Source of the DNA: a virus
IMG/VR virus record: IMGVR_UViG_3300028920_000055
Coordinates: 26,052 to 90,051 of that record
Length of the DNA: 64,000 bases
Strand: one strand, 5' to 3'
Shown: positions 1 to 10,361 of the stretch, in pieces
Layout of the letters: each line of letters begins with the position of its first letter
Position numbering within the stretch: position 1 is the stretch's first letter
Program-made: the position numbers and the translations under genes
The notes under the pieces: generated by a model
Databases searched by the model: none
The model's input: only the letters and a program-made list of their open reading frames with translations
What the model was told of the DNA's origin: nothing

Positions 1-2
1 TC

Positions 3-65
3 TGCTTGGAGTGTGAGAAGCTCAAGAGTAAATTGTACAGCAGCGGTAGAAACTATGTATGGTAG
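3..65 (+). CDS. 3' end of a gene truncated by the window start
   Basis: Open frame CLECEKLKSKLYSSGRNYVW ending TAG at 63-65, which overlaps the GGAGG RBS of the next gene. Confidence 0.45.
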   Translation, partial: CLECEKLKSKLYSSGRNYVW

Positions 66-73
66 GAGGAACA

Positions 74-478
74 ATGCCACACAAAACAGTTGACCAGATG
101 GACAGCAGACTCAGAGAAAGTCGAGTTTGTTTCGGATGCGGGCATCACTTTAAGGAAGGTGAGCAGGAATGGGCAGCGGAGGATGTAGGAAAGTTGTGTA
201 CAGATTGTATCATTGCTCTACTTGTAGAGGTTAATTGCGCTACAAGTAAAATACTTTCCCACTTAAATGTTCGCATGCACAATGATTCTTTCATCAAGGA
301 TTCCATAGCGGATAAGAACAAAGGCTCCGCTATGGATCTGAAAGACATCATCAATGTTCTTGTAAGCGCAAGAAACAGCTCAATGACGTTGATCCAGAAC
401 GTTTCGTTTCAAGCGGGACTAAAAAGATCCAACATCAAAGGGCCGGAAATCCCCGAAGTATCAGAAGAAGATGAATGA
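74..478 (+). CDS. Hypothetical protein with a probable Zn finger
   Basis: CFGC...CTDC; GGAGG at 65-69 favours ATG 74 over 59. Confidence 0.7.
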   Translation: MPHKTVDQMDSRLRESRVCFGCGHHFKEGEQEWAAEDVGKLCTDCIIALLVEVNCATSKILSHLNVRMHNDSFIKDSIADKNKGSAMDLKDIINVLVSARNSSMTLIQNVSFQAGLKRSNIKGPEIPEVSEEDE

Positions 479-488
479 GAGGTGAGAA

Positions 489-1241
489 ATGGGATGGCCA
501 AGTGCTCCAGTTATAGACAAGAAAGATGTTGTAAAGAAGATGAAACTGCAGTTTGGACAAAGTAGTATCGATGTGTGTATTAACACTTACAATCGGTTTC
601 CTTATCTTCAAAAATGCATCTGGTCTATTCTGGCGTCAACGACCATCCCATTTCGTATCTTTGTGTATGATGATCAATCTACTGATGGTACAGTTGATTG
701 GATTAAAGAAATGATAGGAAGGGGATTAATACACAAACTTATACAAAAACCAATAAAGTTAGGTAGCGCCAACAGTCTTAATGAAGTTATTAATTCTTCA
801 AATACACCGTGGTTCGCTTTTGCCAATGACGATATGTGGTTTCATCGTTGGTGGGATTTACTTTCTATTCAACTTGCTATGAAACATTCCGATTGCGGAA
901 TGATTAGTTTATACAATTATACAGCTTTAAAAATTGGAAAAAATTCTAAACAGGTAAATGGTCATTTGAAAGTGGGATCAACTGGACTCGGTGCAGCCTT
1001 ATGTTACCGACCGTCTTTTAAAAAAGCGGGCGGATTCAAATTGAGAACCAATAAAAAGATGGGATTTTTTGCCAATAAATTTTGTAATACTTTTTCAAGA
1101 ATAAATGGAAAGCGTAACGGTATATATCATCATATTCCTTATCTTGTTACAAATATGGATTTACCAAAATGTAATCTTAATGAAAGAGATTATTGTACGA
1201 AAACGGGTTATATCGAATATAGAAAAAGGGAGAAGTTATGA
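489..1241 (+). CDS. Glycosyltransferase family 2 (GT-A)
   Basis: INTYNR, DDQSTDGT, NDD motifs; RBS GAGGTG. Confidence 0.9.
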   Translation: MGWPSAPVIDKKDVVKKMKLQFGQSSIDVCINTYNRFPYLQKCIWSILASTTIPFRIFVYDDQSTDGTVDWIKEMIGRGLIHKLIQKPIKLGSANSLNEVINSSNTPWFAFANDDMWFHRWWDLLSIQLAMKHSDCGMISLYNYTALKIGKNSKQVNGHLKVGSTGLGAALCYRPSFKKAGGFKLRTNKKMGFFANKFCNTFSRINGKRNGIYHHIPYLVTNMDLPKCNLNERDYCTKTGYIEYRKREKL

Positions 1242-1675
1242 AATGGTGGATGAAGCCTCAAATAAGGATTTGGGGAAGGCATTTCAATGATCCTGATGAG
1301 TTAGTAAAAAAAGAAGTTGTAATATTTAAGAATGTAAGGGGATTTTATGTTCCATTCCAACCGTGGCCACAATCATTTTTTATTACAAGAGATTTAACAG
1401 AATATGACATGATGGAATTGAGACCGTTGACATTAACATCCTTTTTCATACACGTATTTAGAAATTTTGTAACAATGAATATAAATCGAATAAAATTGTT
1501 ATTATATTATATGGGGTTTATGCATATTCAACACTTAGGGTGTAGAGATTGGGAGTGGAGATGGAAATTTTGGATAGAATTGAAAGAGAGGAAAAGATCG
1601 AATAAAGTGTATGATGCTTATAATAATTTGATGAGAGTGTTTAAGGAAGAAAAACAAAAAAGGAGTAAACAGTAA
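1238..1675 (+). CDS. Hypothetical protein
   Basis: ATGA overlap with the GT2 stop; GGAG upstream. Confidence 0.65.
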   Translation: MKWWMKPQIRIWGRHFNDPDELVKKEVVIFKNVRGFYVPFQPWPQSFFITRDLTEYDMMELRPLTLTSFFIHVFRNFVTMNINRIKLLLYYMGFMHIQHLGCRDWEWRWKFWIELKERKRSNKVYDAYNNLMRVFKEEKQKRSKQ

Positions 1676-2025
1676 TGAAGAAATCAGAATCTCTTGAGTA
1701 TTTGCTTGAGTGTAGCAACATCGAGCTAAATTATTTGCTCAAGAAAAAGGGCTTGTACGGAGATGGCTTTAATTATCTTACTAAGATTCAAAAAGTTGTT
1801 CTTTTGTACAAGAATGACATGGATGATCCTGAAGTAAGAATTATTGTGAAGAAGTTGAAGAGAAAGTTGAGTACTTTTCGTGAAACACAAGTAAATGCTT
1901 TGCGCAAAGCGGCGCACGATAAAAAAATGTTGGCTAAAAAAATGAGGGAGAAATACGGCAATGGGGAAAAGAAAAGTCAAAAGAGTTCCAAGAAAAGAGT
2001 CAGAAAGACTACAGGAGATGATTGA
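1675..2025 (+). CDS. Hypothetical basic protein
   Basis: TAATG coupling; AGGAG RBS. Confidence 0.7.
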   Translation: MKKSESLEYLLECSNIELNYLLKKKGLYGDGFNYLTKIQKVVLLYKNDMDDPEVRIIVKKLKRKLSTFRETQVNALRKAAHDKKMLAKKMREKYGNGEKKSQKSSKKRVRKTTGDD

Positions 2026-2170
2026 CACAATTGTGAAATATCATCAGTTGGTCTTGGAAGAGGATGAATTGGAATTCGTGGATCGAATGAATAACATCGA
2101 TTGTATCGGTGTTACTAAAAAACAAGCTAAAAAGATTCAAACAATTTATGACCATTGTGTTGTCTATTAA
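1961..2170 (+). CDS. Hypothetical small protein
   Basis: GAGGGAG upstream; fills the gap before an AT-rich intergenic region. Confidence 0.55.
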   Translation: MGKRKVKRVPRKESERLQEMIDTIVKYHQLVLEEDELEFVDRMNNIDCIGVTKKQAKKIQTIYDHCVVY

Positions 2171-2254
2171 ACACCTCTAAATAGGAACGCAGAATTGTTT
2201 TTTTATTTTAAAATTCCATAATTTTTAGTACTTTTACTTATAAAAGGTGGAGTT

Positions 2255-3205
2255 ATGAATCGAAATCCATTGGATTTACCCTTAAAAGCAGCGGATTCAA
2301 GATGCAACGCAAGAACACCAACCGGATATTGCAAGAACAAGGCCGGATTTAATACTACGCATCCAGGAGAAGGTCGCTGTTATTTGCACGGCGGGTTAAG
2401 TCCAACTACTGGACAAGACAATGACGCTCTTAAAGAGGCCATCTATAGTAAGTTTTTACCAACCACACTTGCTATAGAATTAACCGAAGTAAAGCAAGAT
2501 CCAACTTTTACAACTCTTTTTGAAGAGTTGGCTTTGTTGAAGATAGTGTTACAAGGTTTCCTGTTTAAGTTACCTGCTGATATTGCTGCATCTTGGGGCA
2601 GAAGAGTCTGCCCAATATGTGGCGAAAAGATGAAGAAACAAAAAGGTTGGAAAGTTTTATTGCCCAGGAATTGGAGAGGTGAACAAGAAAGATTTAAACA
2701 ACTTCTTAGCACTATTGAAGCGATTGGTAAAACTTTTGAAAGAATATCTAAACATGAAGAGAGGCAAAGAAGATTTGTAACAATATCCGAAATAGAATCG
2801 ATTATGACTCGTTGGGGTCAGATTCTTATGGATGTTCTTGGAGACGATCCAAGAATCAGCATTATCCAACAAAAAATACTAAATGAGGGCTTTACAAGAA
2901 GGCCTGGTACACAGGATACAGAAAAATTAAAATTGATTAGAGAGTTCCAACGAAGAGTGGAAAATCAAAGACACATTGTAAATAATAAAAGAAGTTTGGG
3001 TGATGCTATAAAACGAGTTATTCCAGAATATTTTGAAGATGTGGAGGATGTTACAGAGGAAGAAGATGAGCCTGATAGAAAGACAACTCATACCCGTGTC
3101 AGTAAACAGAAAAGCCATTCCAGAGATGGTAAGGCAAGAAGGCGGGTCAAGAGCAAGCGAAAGAATGGAGCAAATAGCAATGATGACGCACTTTCAAGCT
3201 CTTGA
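2255..3205 (+). CDS. HGGxSTG-domain protein, terminase small subunit candidate
   Basis: RCNAR..CKN...GRCYLHGGLS motif typical of phage TerS-like proteins; helical middle region. Confidence 0.65.
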   Translation: MNRNPLDLPLKAADSRCNARTPTGYCKNKAGFNTTHPGEGRCYLHGGLSPTTGQDNDALKEAIYSKFLPTTLAIELTEVKQDPTFTTLFEELALLKIVLQGFLFKLPADIAASWGRRVCPICGEKMKKQKGWKVLLPRNWRGEQERFKQLLSTIEAIGKTFERISKHEERQRRFVTISEIESIMTRWGQILMDVLGDDPRISIIQQKILNEGFTRRPGTQDTEKLKLIREFQRRVENQRHIVNNKRSLGDAIKRVIPEYFEDVEDVTEEEDEPDRKTTHTRVSKQKSHSRDGKARRRVKSKRKNGANSNDDALSSS

Positions 3206-3557
3206 GGATGAAAAGCGTAAAAAGGAATTGGAGGAGCAAGCGGTTGAAATAATCAAAGCCGCCTCTATTAAATCCAAATCCAATTTTTGTCCCCTCTGTA
3301 AAGGTGAAAATGTCATAAATGAAGTAATCACTCCTGTAGGTGTGCTTGATTATTACGAAGTCAAACATATTTGTCTTGATTGCAAAAAGGGTTGGAAGGC
3401 ATTGGTTGCGATAAATCTTGTTTATGATGAATACATCGAGGTACAAAGAGCCAATGGTATTCCACAAAGAATGTTGATAGAGCGTTTACTTACGGCTTTA
3501 TTAAGAGAAGCGCGGAAAAAAATTCTAAAAAATTTAAAGTCGGAATTCGACATTTAA
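3180..3557 (+). CDS. Hypothetical Zn-ribbon protein
   Basis: CPLC...CLDC; GGAG 9 nt before ATG 3180. Confidence 0.6.
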   Translation: MMTHFQALEDEKRKKELEEQAVEIIKAASIKSKSNFCPLCKGENVINEVITPVGVLDYYEVKHICLDCKKGWKALVAINLVYDEYIEVQRANGIPQRMLIERLLTALLREARKKILKNLKSEFDI

Positions 3558-3651
3558 CTATGGATAATAAAACATTGAATGATTTCGAAAGATCCAAGAT
3601 ACCAATATGTTTGTAAAATAAATTTTCACACTTTAACAGGAGGAAAGGAAA

Positions 3652-4050
3652 ATGGCTATGCCAAGATTTGATCCTAATGATTGGAAGGAGCGGCTTGAAC
3701 AGAATCTCAGTCACATGGGAGTTTCTGTTAACGAGCTGTTTACTGGCCCTTTCAAGTGGACAGAGTTAACTACTTTCTTGCGCGCAGGCATCACTCTCGC
3801 AGAGGATGCTTTTCCAGAAGATGGAAATGGCCAGGCAAAGAGCTTGCTTGTAATGGCTCTTTGGGACTATTACGATAAAAAGTACAATTTGGTCCAACGG
3901 ATTGATGATCTCGTTGATTTCAGGAAATTCTTGGGCACAATGATCGGCACTGTGATTGAACAGTTCGATTCCGCCGCCATTCGTGGAATCATTGAAAGGA
4001 TCATTATTCCGACAATGGTTGGATTGATCTTTCCAAATCCATCCAAATAG
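3652..4050 (+). CDS. Hypothetical protein, probably highly expressed
   Basis: AGGAGG RBS; higher GC3; own terminator. Confidence 0.75.
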   Translation: MAMPRFDPNDWKERLEQNLSHMGVSVNELFTGPFKWTELTTFLRAGITLAEDAFPEDGNGQAKSLLVMALWDYYDKKYNLVQRIDDLVDFRKFLGTMIGTVIEQFDSAAIRGIIERIIIPTMVGLIFPNPSK

Positions 4051-4076
4051 AATCCCTGCGCTGCTGCGCGCCCTCA

Positions 4077-4121
4077 GAGAGGCGGTAATGTTGCCGGTCA
4101 TTGCCGTCTCTCACTTTTTTT
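4077..4121 (+). terminator. Intrinsic terminator
   Basis: 14-bp stem GAGAGGCGGTAATG/CATTGCCGTCTCTC (2 G-U pairs), 8-nt loop, then T7. Confidence 0.8.
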
Positions 4122-4152
4122 GTGTTAATTAACTGTTTGTTGGAGGTGTAAA

Positions 4153-4503
4153 ATGGCTCAGAAAGATACTTTCGTACCCAAGTCAACCGTGATAAACGAT
4201 ACCAATGTGGCTGCTGGAAATCATCAGTATGCTTTTCGCGGTACAGAATTCTTACGTTGGCTTATGCAAGTCAACATCAAAAACATCACGGTGAAAATCT
4301 ATGCTTCATTGTGGGACACACCTGGATCTTATGGATGGATTGATATGACATCCTATTTTACTGGGTCGGCAACTATTACATCCAATTCTATGATCATGAA
4401 TACTACCTTAGTACACATGCCGTGGTGGAAGGTGGTATATACTCGATCTAAAGCCACTAATGTGGTAAGAATCGAATTGATGCAATATGATCGGGAGAAA
4501 TGA
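4153..4503 (+). CDS. Hypothetical beta-rich protein, possibly virion-associated
   Basis: GGAGGT RBS; alternating beta-strand pattern. Confidence 0.7.
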   Translation: MAQKDTFVPKSTVINDTNVAAGNHQYAFRGTEFLRWLMQVNIKNITVKIYASLWDTPGSYGWIDMTSYFTGSATITSNSMIMNTTLVHMPWWKVVYTRSKATNVVRIELMQYDREK

Positions 4504-4871
4504 TGGAAATCGAAATGAGCTTGTTAGCAGAAATTGAGCTGATTTTAGTTCTTGCTCTTTCATTCGTTACGGGCCAAATTTTTCATATCATCAAGAAAAA
4601 CAATCTTGAAGATAAAAAAACATTTAAGTGCTGGTTTGCGGAGAATTGGATTTCATTCGTTGTAAACACAGTAATTGGACTTGGAGCACTCGAAGTGCTT
4701 ATGACTCAGTTAACTAATGCGCCAATCAATATCACCGGTTGGATCGTCATTTTTTATACAGGATTAAATGCGGGAATTGCCTCAAATAGTATCGGTACGG
4801 ATACTAAAGAGGGGCAAGTTCAGTTGAAAAATTATACCCAACAATTGCAGCAAAGGAGAAATGTAAAATGA
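4500..4871 (+). CDS. Small membrane protein, holin candidate
   Basis: Three hydrophobic segments and a basic/polar C-terminus. Confidence 0.5.
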   Translation: MMEIEMSLLAEIELILVLALSFVTGQIFHIIKKNNLEDKKTFKCWFAENWISFVVNTVIGLGALEVLMTQLTNAPINITGWIVIFYTGLNAGIASNSIGTDTKEGQVQLKNYTQQLQQRRNVK

Positions 4872-7800
4872 GAGCAATGAAAGTTTTTGGCGCAACAATA
4901 ATACTCGCAGTCATTATTGTTGGATTAGTTGGATTTATTACAGCCCAAACCAATATCTTTGTTCCGCCTGATGAAAGAGCGCGGATACAGAGAGTCATTG
5001 AGGAAATGGATTTTGAACCCACCGGAGATTGGACTTTCACAGGTTCGGTCACAGGTGCTGGAGGTGGTGGAGGTGGATCTTATGATTTGCCATTGAAAGA
5101 TACTGGAGGAACAGTATCTATTGGTGAAATAAGCGGTTACGGGACGAAGTACGAAGTTCCAAGGATGAATGTTGTAGCTAACGCTATGGAATGGGAACAA
5201 GCCGTTTTTACCAATCAATTTGATGCCCCTCTCCAATACATAGCTCTGGCAGATGTGGTTAATATTGGCGGGTTGGGATCTTTTGGAGCTGTTGGACAAG
5301 TAATGAAAGTAAAAGCTGGAGGTACAGAATTAGAATGGGCTAATGATGACAACAGTACTTATACTTTTAGCGATGATTATCTTGATTTGACTGTAGCAGA
5401 CGTAACTTTTGCCCAGCCAGCTAATATTGTAACTGTTGGGAAAAGTGGTGGTGTCGATTACAATACTATTCAAGGGGCAATTGATGCTATTACAGATAAT
5501 GCTACAGATAAAAGATACACAGTTCTTGTTTATCCAGGCACTTATACTGAAAATATTGCCATGGAAGATTTTGTTTCTCTTCATGGTATAGGCAATAGAA
5601 CCAATGCAATTATAGACGGAACTGTGACTTTTGCTTCTGACGCCGGAGATGAATCTGGTTTATTTAATTTAGGAATTAAGGAGACAGTTTCAGCTGATCT
5701 TTCTGGTCTTATTGTCTCTCCAAGTCAAGATCATTACATTCATAACTGTGTGGTCGTTCTTAATTCCACCACTAATGGTGTTCAAGCTACTATGTTTGAT
5801 ATCGATGCGGGAACTTTTAAAATTATAAATTGTGATATTACTTATAATTTTACAGGATCAACTGATTCTAATCAAGAATGGCAAAGATTTGCTGATGTTG
5901 AAAATAGTACAATAATGGATATTTATAATAATTTAATTGACATCGATATTGGAGATGAAGATGATTATGTAGTTGTATTTGACGAAGCTAATACAGCGGC
6001 ATCAGAAATTCATTTCAGTGGTAATGAGATCCATCTTGATCTAAATCATGCCGGTTACGATGGAACCGCTTCAGTCTGTTATCTTCACGGTACAGGTTCG
6101 GAACATTCTATTGGATTTAATCATTTTCACATGACTTCTAATGGTGGTGCTGGGGATACTGGTTATATTTATTATTCCAACGATTTAGCTAATGGTACAA
6201 TTAACTCTACCAGCAATAGAGCGATTGTGTCAGGATTCGATACAGGTCGGTTTTATTCTATTGCAGTTGGGGATGTTATAAATAGCCATGGAGACGAGGT
6301 CCAAACTTCAGACGCTTCAATTTGTAATGGTAGTTGTAATTACGCATCTTCATTTTCGGACGGGAATTTCAATGTAAGCGGTATATTAACAGCTGCACAG
6401 TATTCTGGTATTATGGGTTCAGGTGGATTGCCTGCTTATGGTGCTGTTGGTCAAGTAATGAAAGTCAAAGCTGGTGGCTCGCAATTAGAATGGGCCAACG
6501 ATGACAACGACAATACTGTTTATATGGCCACAAGTCCATTAAATTTAGTCGGAACATCTTTTAATGTTGGTGGCCTATCTTCATATGGTGCTGTTGGTCA
6601 AGTAATGAAAGTTGCTGCGGGCGGATCAAGTCTCGAATGGGGAGCGGTAAGTGGTGGCCATGTAGCTGTAACAGATAGTTTACGTGGAACCAGTCTTGCT
6701 GATAGTTGCACTATTTATGTCCAACCTGGTCAATCTATTGCCAACGCTATTGCGGCAATTGATGATGAAGCTACTGATAAAAGATATACTGTAGTTTTAA
6801 GGAATGGCCGTCATACTATTTCCAGCGAATTGGTTATGGCTCAATATATTTCATTGAGAGGTGAAGATCGTTCTTCCACTTGGATTTATACTTCATCTGC
6901 TTTGGATCCAATGATCCGGCTTGCCAACAACACTACAATTTCTAATATGACAATTTACCACGATGGTGCAAATGGTGATGACCAAGCTATATTTGATACC
7001 AATGGGGCTGGAGTGACCAGTGCTTGGATTATTAATTGTGATTTGCGCCATGATAATACCAGTTGGGATGGTCAAATAGTTTCTTGTCAAACTGGTTCCA
7101 TGACTGATTTTCGAATATTGAATTGTGAATTAAGAGGGGATGATGAAGTTAATCCTGAAGGAGAGGCGGTTTATATTGGTGTAACAGGAGATCCACAGAA
7201 TCCGTGGATTATCAAAGATTGCCACTTTCAAGGTTGGGAAATTGGTATAAGACGATACAATCCTACAATTCAATACGGCTCTATTGTAGATAATTGTACC
7301 TTTCATAGATGCGTTAATCAAGCCTATTACACTCGAACAAGTTATAGTACCACCTTTTATGATTATATGAGTAATTGTGAATTTCAGGAAAATGGATCTG
7401 ATATTCACATTTACAATGAATCGGGTGGAACATTCAATATGGAGTGTAATGGACTTGGAAATTTTGTTTATACAGAATCTGCCAGTACTAATAATGTCGT
7501 ATTTCGCAATTATTTCGATAAAAATAGCTGGACTGATGAAAATGGTGTTATTAATACAACTGGGCCAGTAGTATACGTTCCTAATGCAGCTTCCAATGCT
7601 GGAACTTCTGTTTCCGATGATGGCGCTATTACAGTTACTGCTAAGTTAATGAGAGTTGTTGGAGCCGACGCTGATGCATTACTTGATACAGCTCCGGCTA
7701 TCAATGATGGAGCATATGATGGTCAAATGGTAATTATCCAAGGAACAGCAGATGGCAATACAGTTACAATAGCAGATAATTGTAATACTGCTCTCGCAGG

Positions 7801-7900
7801 GGATGCCAGTTGTATACTTGGAGATGGACATGTTATTTGTCTTATCTGGGATTCTAATGATAGTAATTGGATTGAACAATATAGAAATACTACAAATTAA
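4868..7900 (+). CDS. Signal-peptide protein with two right-handed beta-helix (pectin lyase-like) domains
   Basis: N-terminal hydrophobic helix; YNTIQGAIDA..YTVLVYPGTYTE and SIANAIAA..YTVVLRNGRH beta-helix caps; I.NC repeats. Confidence 0.75.
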   Translation: MRAMKVFGATIILAVIIVGLVGFITAQTNIFVPPDERARIQRVIEEMDFEPTGDWTFTGSVTGAGGGGGGSYDLPLKDTGGTVSIGEISGYGTKYEVPRMNVVANAMEWEQAVFTNQFDAPLQYIALADVVNIGGLGSFGAVGQVMKVKAGGTELEWANDDNSTYTFSDDYLDLTVADVTFAQPANIVTVGKSGGVDYNTIQGAIDAITDNATDKRYTVLVYPGTYTENIAMEDFVSLHGIGNRTNAIIDGTVTFASDAGDESGLFNLGIKETVSADLSGLIVSPSQDHYIHNCVVVLNSTTNGVQATMFDIDAGTFKIINCDITYNFTGSTDSNQEWQRFADVENSTIMDIYNNLIDIDIGDEDDYVVVFDEANTAASEIHFSGNEIHLDLNHAGYDGTASVCYLHGTGSEHSIGFNHFHMTSNGGAGDTGYIYYSNDLANGTINSTSNRAIVSGFDTGRFYSIAVGDVINSHGDEVQTSDASICNGSCNYASSFSDGNFNVSGILTAAQYSGIMGSGGLPAYGAVGQVMKVKAGGSQLEWANDDNDNTVYMATSPLNLVGTSFNVGGLSSYGAVGQVMKVAAGGSSLEWGAVSGGHVAVTDSLRGTSLADSCTIYVQPGQSIANAIAAIDDEATDKRYTVVLRNGRHTISSELVMAQYISLRGEDRSSTWIYTSSALDPMIRLANNTTISNMTIYHDGANGDDQAIFDTNGAGVTSAWIINCDLRHDNTSWDGQIVSCQTGSMTDFRILNCELRGDDEVNPEGEAVYIGVTGDPQNPWIIKDCHFQGWEIGIRRYNPTIQYGSIVDNCTFHRCVNQAYYTRTSYSTTFYDYMSNCEFQENGSDIHIYNESGGTFNMECNGLGNFVYTESASTNNVVFRNYFDKNSWTDENGVINTTGPVVYVPNAASNAGTSVSDDGAITVTAKLMRVVGADADALLDTAPAINDGAYDGQMVIIQGTADGNTVTIADNCNTALAGDASCILGDGHVICLIWDSNDSNWIEQYRNTTN
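5285..6640 (+). repeat. Three copies of the GAVGQVMKV.AGG..LEW motif
   Basis: Copies at 5285-5353, 6440-6508 and 6587-6640; 29 identical bp at 6437-6465 and 6584-6612. Confidence 0.9.
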
Positions 7901-7912
7901 TGAGGTGATAAA

Positions 7913-9052
7913 ATGACTGTCGGGAATAAAGATCAAGCCTTTCGGCATGCTAAGACACCTGAACAGTTGCGTGCTGAGTTAGAGCCACCTGAAGAAATAC
8001 TGGCACTTCGCAAGAATGTAAAAGATTTGCGCGGTAAAATGACGCAAATGCGGAGCGAATATGGTAGGGTGAAAGAATTGATCCAAGAAGCCGCTTATGA
8101 AATGCCTGTACACAAAGCCGCCGATAGATATTATACACCACCCAAAGGTGGCCGAAAAGTTGAATCTCCGTGTATGGTTGTACAACATCGTACCGATGAT
8201 CATTATGGAGCGGTACAATTGCCGGAAGAAATCGAGTTTTTTGGCAATTACAGTCCTGACATTTTTAAAGAGCGGATTTTTGGCACTCTTGTACCGAAAT
8301 TTGTGGATTGGATCGAAAACAAGAGAAAATCCTACATCATTGATGAATGTGTAATCATCGCAACAGGCGATATGATCTCTGGAGACATCCAGAGATTGTA
8401 TGTAACCAATGCCTTCCCCTCTCCTGTGCAAGCTGTACAGGCTGGTCATTATTTCGGTGAATATGTGGCCAATCTTTCTCCCCATTTCAAAAAAATAAGA
8501 GTGGAATGGATCTGTGCTGACAATCATGGTCGCTTGACCACTCTACCTCAATCTCGTGAGGAAGGCTATAACTCTTGGAATTATGTTGTAGGAGAATTTG
8601 CCAAATCTTCTTTGCGTGATCACGATAATGTAGAATTTAACATCTATCCAATGTATCAAAAAGTGATAGATGTTGTTGGCTGGAAATATCTGTCGATGCA
8701 CGGCCATCAGATAAAAGGTTGGGCTGGATTTCCTTATTATGGATTGGAACGAAAAGCCGCCCGTGAAGCCATTAAACGTATAAAATCAAGACATCAAATG
8801 TATAGATGGGAAGATTATCTGTTTGACAAAGTGTTGATAGGTCATTATCATGCTCCCCTTAATCATCCTGTTTATATGGTTGGTGGAAGTGTAAGTGGTA
8901 CAGACGCTTATGATCATAAAGATGGGCGTCATGCCGGAGCCTCTCAAACTTCTTGGATGGTACACCCCAAGCACGGCGAGTTTGATTGGTTGGCATTTAA
9001 TTTGATGGAGAGGGAGGCGCAGGATGTCACAATTCAGACTGAAGCTGCATAA
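7913..9052 (+). CDS. Calcineurin-like metallophosphoesterase with N-terminal coiled coil
   Basis: TDDHYG, GDMISG, DNHGR, HGH and GHYH motifs. Confidence 0.85.
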   Translation: MTVGNKDQAFRHAKTPEQLRAELEPPEEILALRKNVKDLRGKMTQMRSEYGRVKELIQEAAYEMPVHKAADRYYTPPKGGRKVESPCMVVQHRTDDHYGAVQLPEEIEFFGNYSPDIFKERIFGTLVPKFVDWIENKRKSYIIDECVIIATGDMISGDIQRLYVTNAFPSPVQAVQAGHYFGEYVANLSPHFKKIRVEWICADNHGRLTTLPQSREEGYNSWNYVVGEFAKSSLRDHDNVEFNIYPMYQKVIDVVGWKYLSMHGHQIKGWAGFPYYGLERKAAREAIKRIKSRHQMYRWEDYLFDKVLIGHYHAPLNHPVYMVGGSVSGTDAYDHKDGRHAGASQTSWMVHPKHGEFDWLAFNLMEREAQDVTIQTEAA

Positions 9053-9485
9053 TTACAATCCAGAGAAAGCAGAAAGATTGTTAAAGCTGATTGAGTATAT
9101 TCAGCAGCATCCAACAATCGGAAGGGATAGACTTATGAATGAGACAGGCGCGAATCAATCGGAAGCCAAAGCGGCATTGCAGGAATTCAAAGCATCCGCC
9201 GAAAAAGAAGACAAGCAAGGCCGATTTCGAAGAGCCATTGATGTTAACAAATTTCTTGAAGACAATGATCCCAAGCGGATATTAAGAAGGGGATTGAAAG
9301 AGATCAATGGCAAAATCATTATCGACAATGATTTTCGAATCGCTCTTGGTATTTCTTCAGATAATTGGAGATCATTGAGAGAAGCAGAAGAATTTCTCGA
9401 TTATCAAATTACAATCAAACAGAAGAGGTATTGGGGTTGGCCAGAGGATTTGAAACGGCTCCAAGATTCTCTACAGATAATCTAA
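9024..9485 (+). CDS. Hypothetical protein, possible N-terminal HTH
   Basis: GGAGG RBS; IGRDRLMNETGANQSEAK segment. Confidence 0.65.
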   Translation: MSQFRLKLHNYNPEKAERLLKLIEYIQQHPTIGRDRLMNETGANQSEAKAALQEFKASAEKEDKQGRFRRAIDVNKFLEDNDPKRILRRGLKEINGKIIIDNDFRIALGISSDNWRSLREAEEFLDYQITIKQKRYWGWPEDLKRLQDSLQII

Positions 9486-9497
9486 GGGATTGCCAGA

Positions 9498-9890
9498 ATG
9501 GACACGGAAAAACGTAGACAAAGGGTCACTCTTTCCACCGAAATTCTCGATGTGTTAAGAGAAAGTCGAGATACTTATGTGGAATTCGGTGAACTTCAAG
9601 CAAGCAATAATCAAGAGCTTAAAGCCATTAACAATAAGTTAGGAGATATTAGAATTCAATTTGATAATGGTTTTAAGAAAGAGATTGTAAATGCTCTCAA
9701 AAAACATACACAAGAACATTGCGATATAATGTGTCAATTGATTGAGCAAAATAGCAAGTTGCTATTTTGGCGAATTATTGGTTCAATAACAGCAGTAGCA
9801 ATAGTGTTAGCACTTGTCGTTCAACTTATACTTGCACTAAATGGCATACCTATTCAAGACTCGCCTGTCAATGTAGGAGGATTACAATGA
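9498..9890 (+). CDS. Coiled-coil protein with a C-terminal TM helix
   Basis: WRIIGSITAVAIVLALVVQLILAL. Confidence 0.65.
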   Translation: MDTEKRRQRVTLSTEILDVLRESRDTYVEFGELQASNNQELKAINNKLGDIRIQFDNGFKKEIVNALKKHTQEHCDIMCQLIEQNSKLLFWRIIGSITAVAIVLALVVQLILALNGIPIQDSPVNVGGLQ

Positions 9891-10360
9891 AATATGGGAT
9901 TCTTATTCTTTTATTGCTAATCAGTAGCTGTTATTGTTACGGCTCTGAATGGCAAGTTCCGGCTTTTAATGATTCGAGCCAATGGTTTTTCCCAGCAACC
10001 AAAGATACCATCAAGGTGCTTTGGTTGCAACCTATGGAGACTGATATAGGTAGTTACACCTTGTATTTTACGGAAATACCTGACACATTAGTTGCCGGAG
10101 ATTCTCTTACATTTGCTCCAAAGTTTTCAGAATCTTGGTATGATTGGGAGACTGGTGTGTCTCACAATAGCCAATTGTATTGGGCCAAGATTATTGAAAT
10201 CGAGCTGAATGTAAATAAGTTCATGGCCAATTTAACAGCAATTGATCATGATGGTAATGAAAGTCCACCGAGTGATCCTGTGTGGATGAATGTAAAGGCT
10301 ACACCAGAAGATTATACACCAAGATCACTCACAATCATCATTTACAAATATAAACCGTAA
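9887..10360 (+). CDS. Secreted or lipoprotein with a fibronectin type III-like domain
   Basis: AGGAGG RBS before ATG 9887; MKYGILILLLLISSC signal/lipobox; W..P.E.DI..Y.LY and TAID.DGNES..S FN3 signature. Confidence 0.7.
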   Translation: MKYGILILLLLISSCYCYGSEWQVPAFNDSSQWFFPATKDTIKVLWLQPMETDIGSYTLYFTEIPDTLVAGDSLTFAPKFSESWYDWETGVSHNSQLYWAKIIEIELNVNKFMANLTAIDHDGNESPPSDPVWMNVKATPEDYTPRSLTIIIYKYKP

Positions 10361-10361
10361 A

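Noticed and set aside
3626-3648. TTAACAGGAGGAAAG shared between 3633 and 54703
   Set aside because: Mostly explained as an optimal Shine-Dalgarno context for two highly expressed genes.
4868-7900. Internal repeats as a DGR template/variable pair
   Set aside because: Differences are mostly synonymous rather than adenine-specific, and there is no reverse transcriptase in the window.
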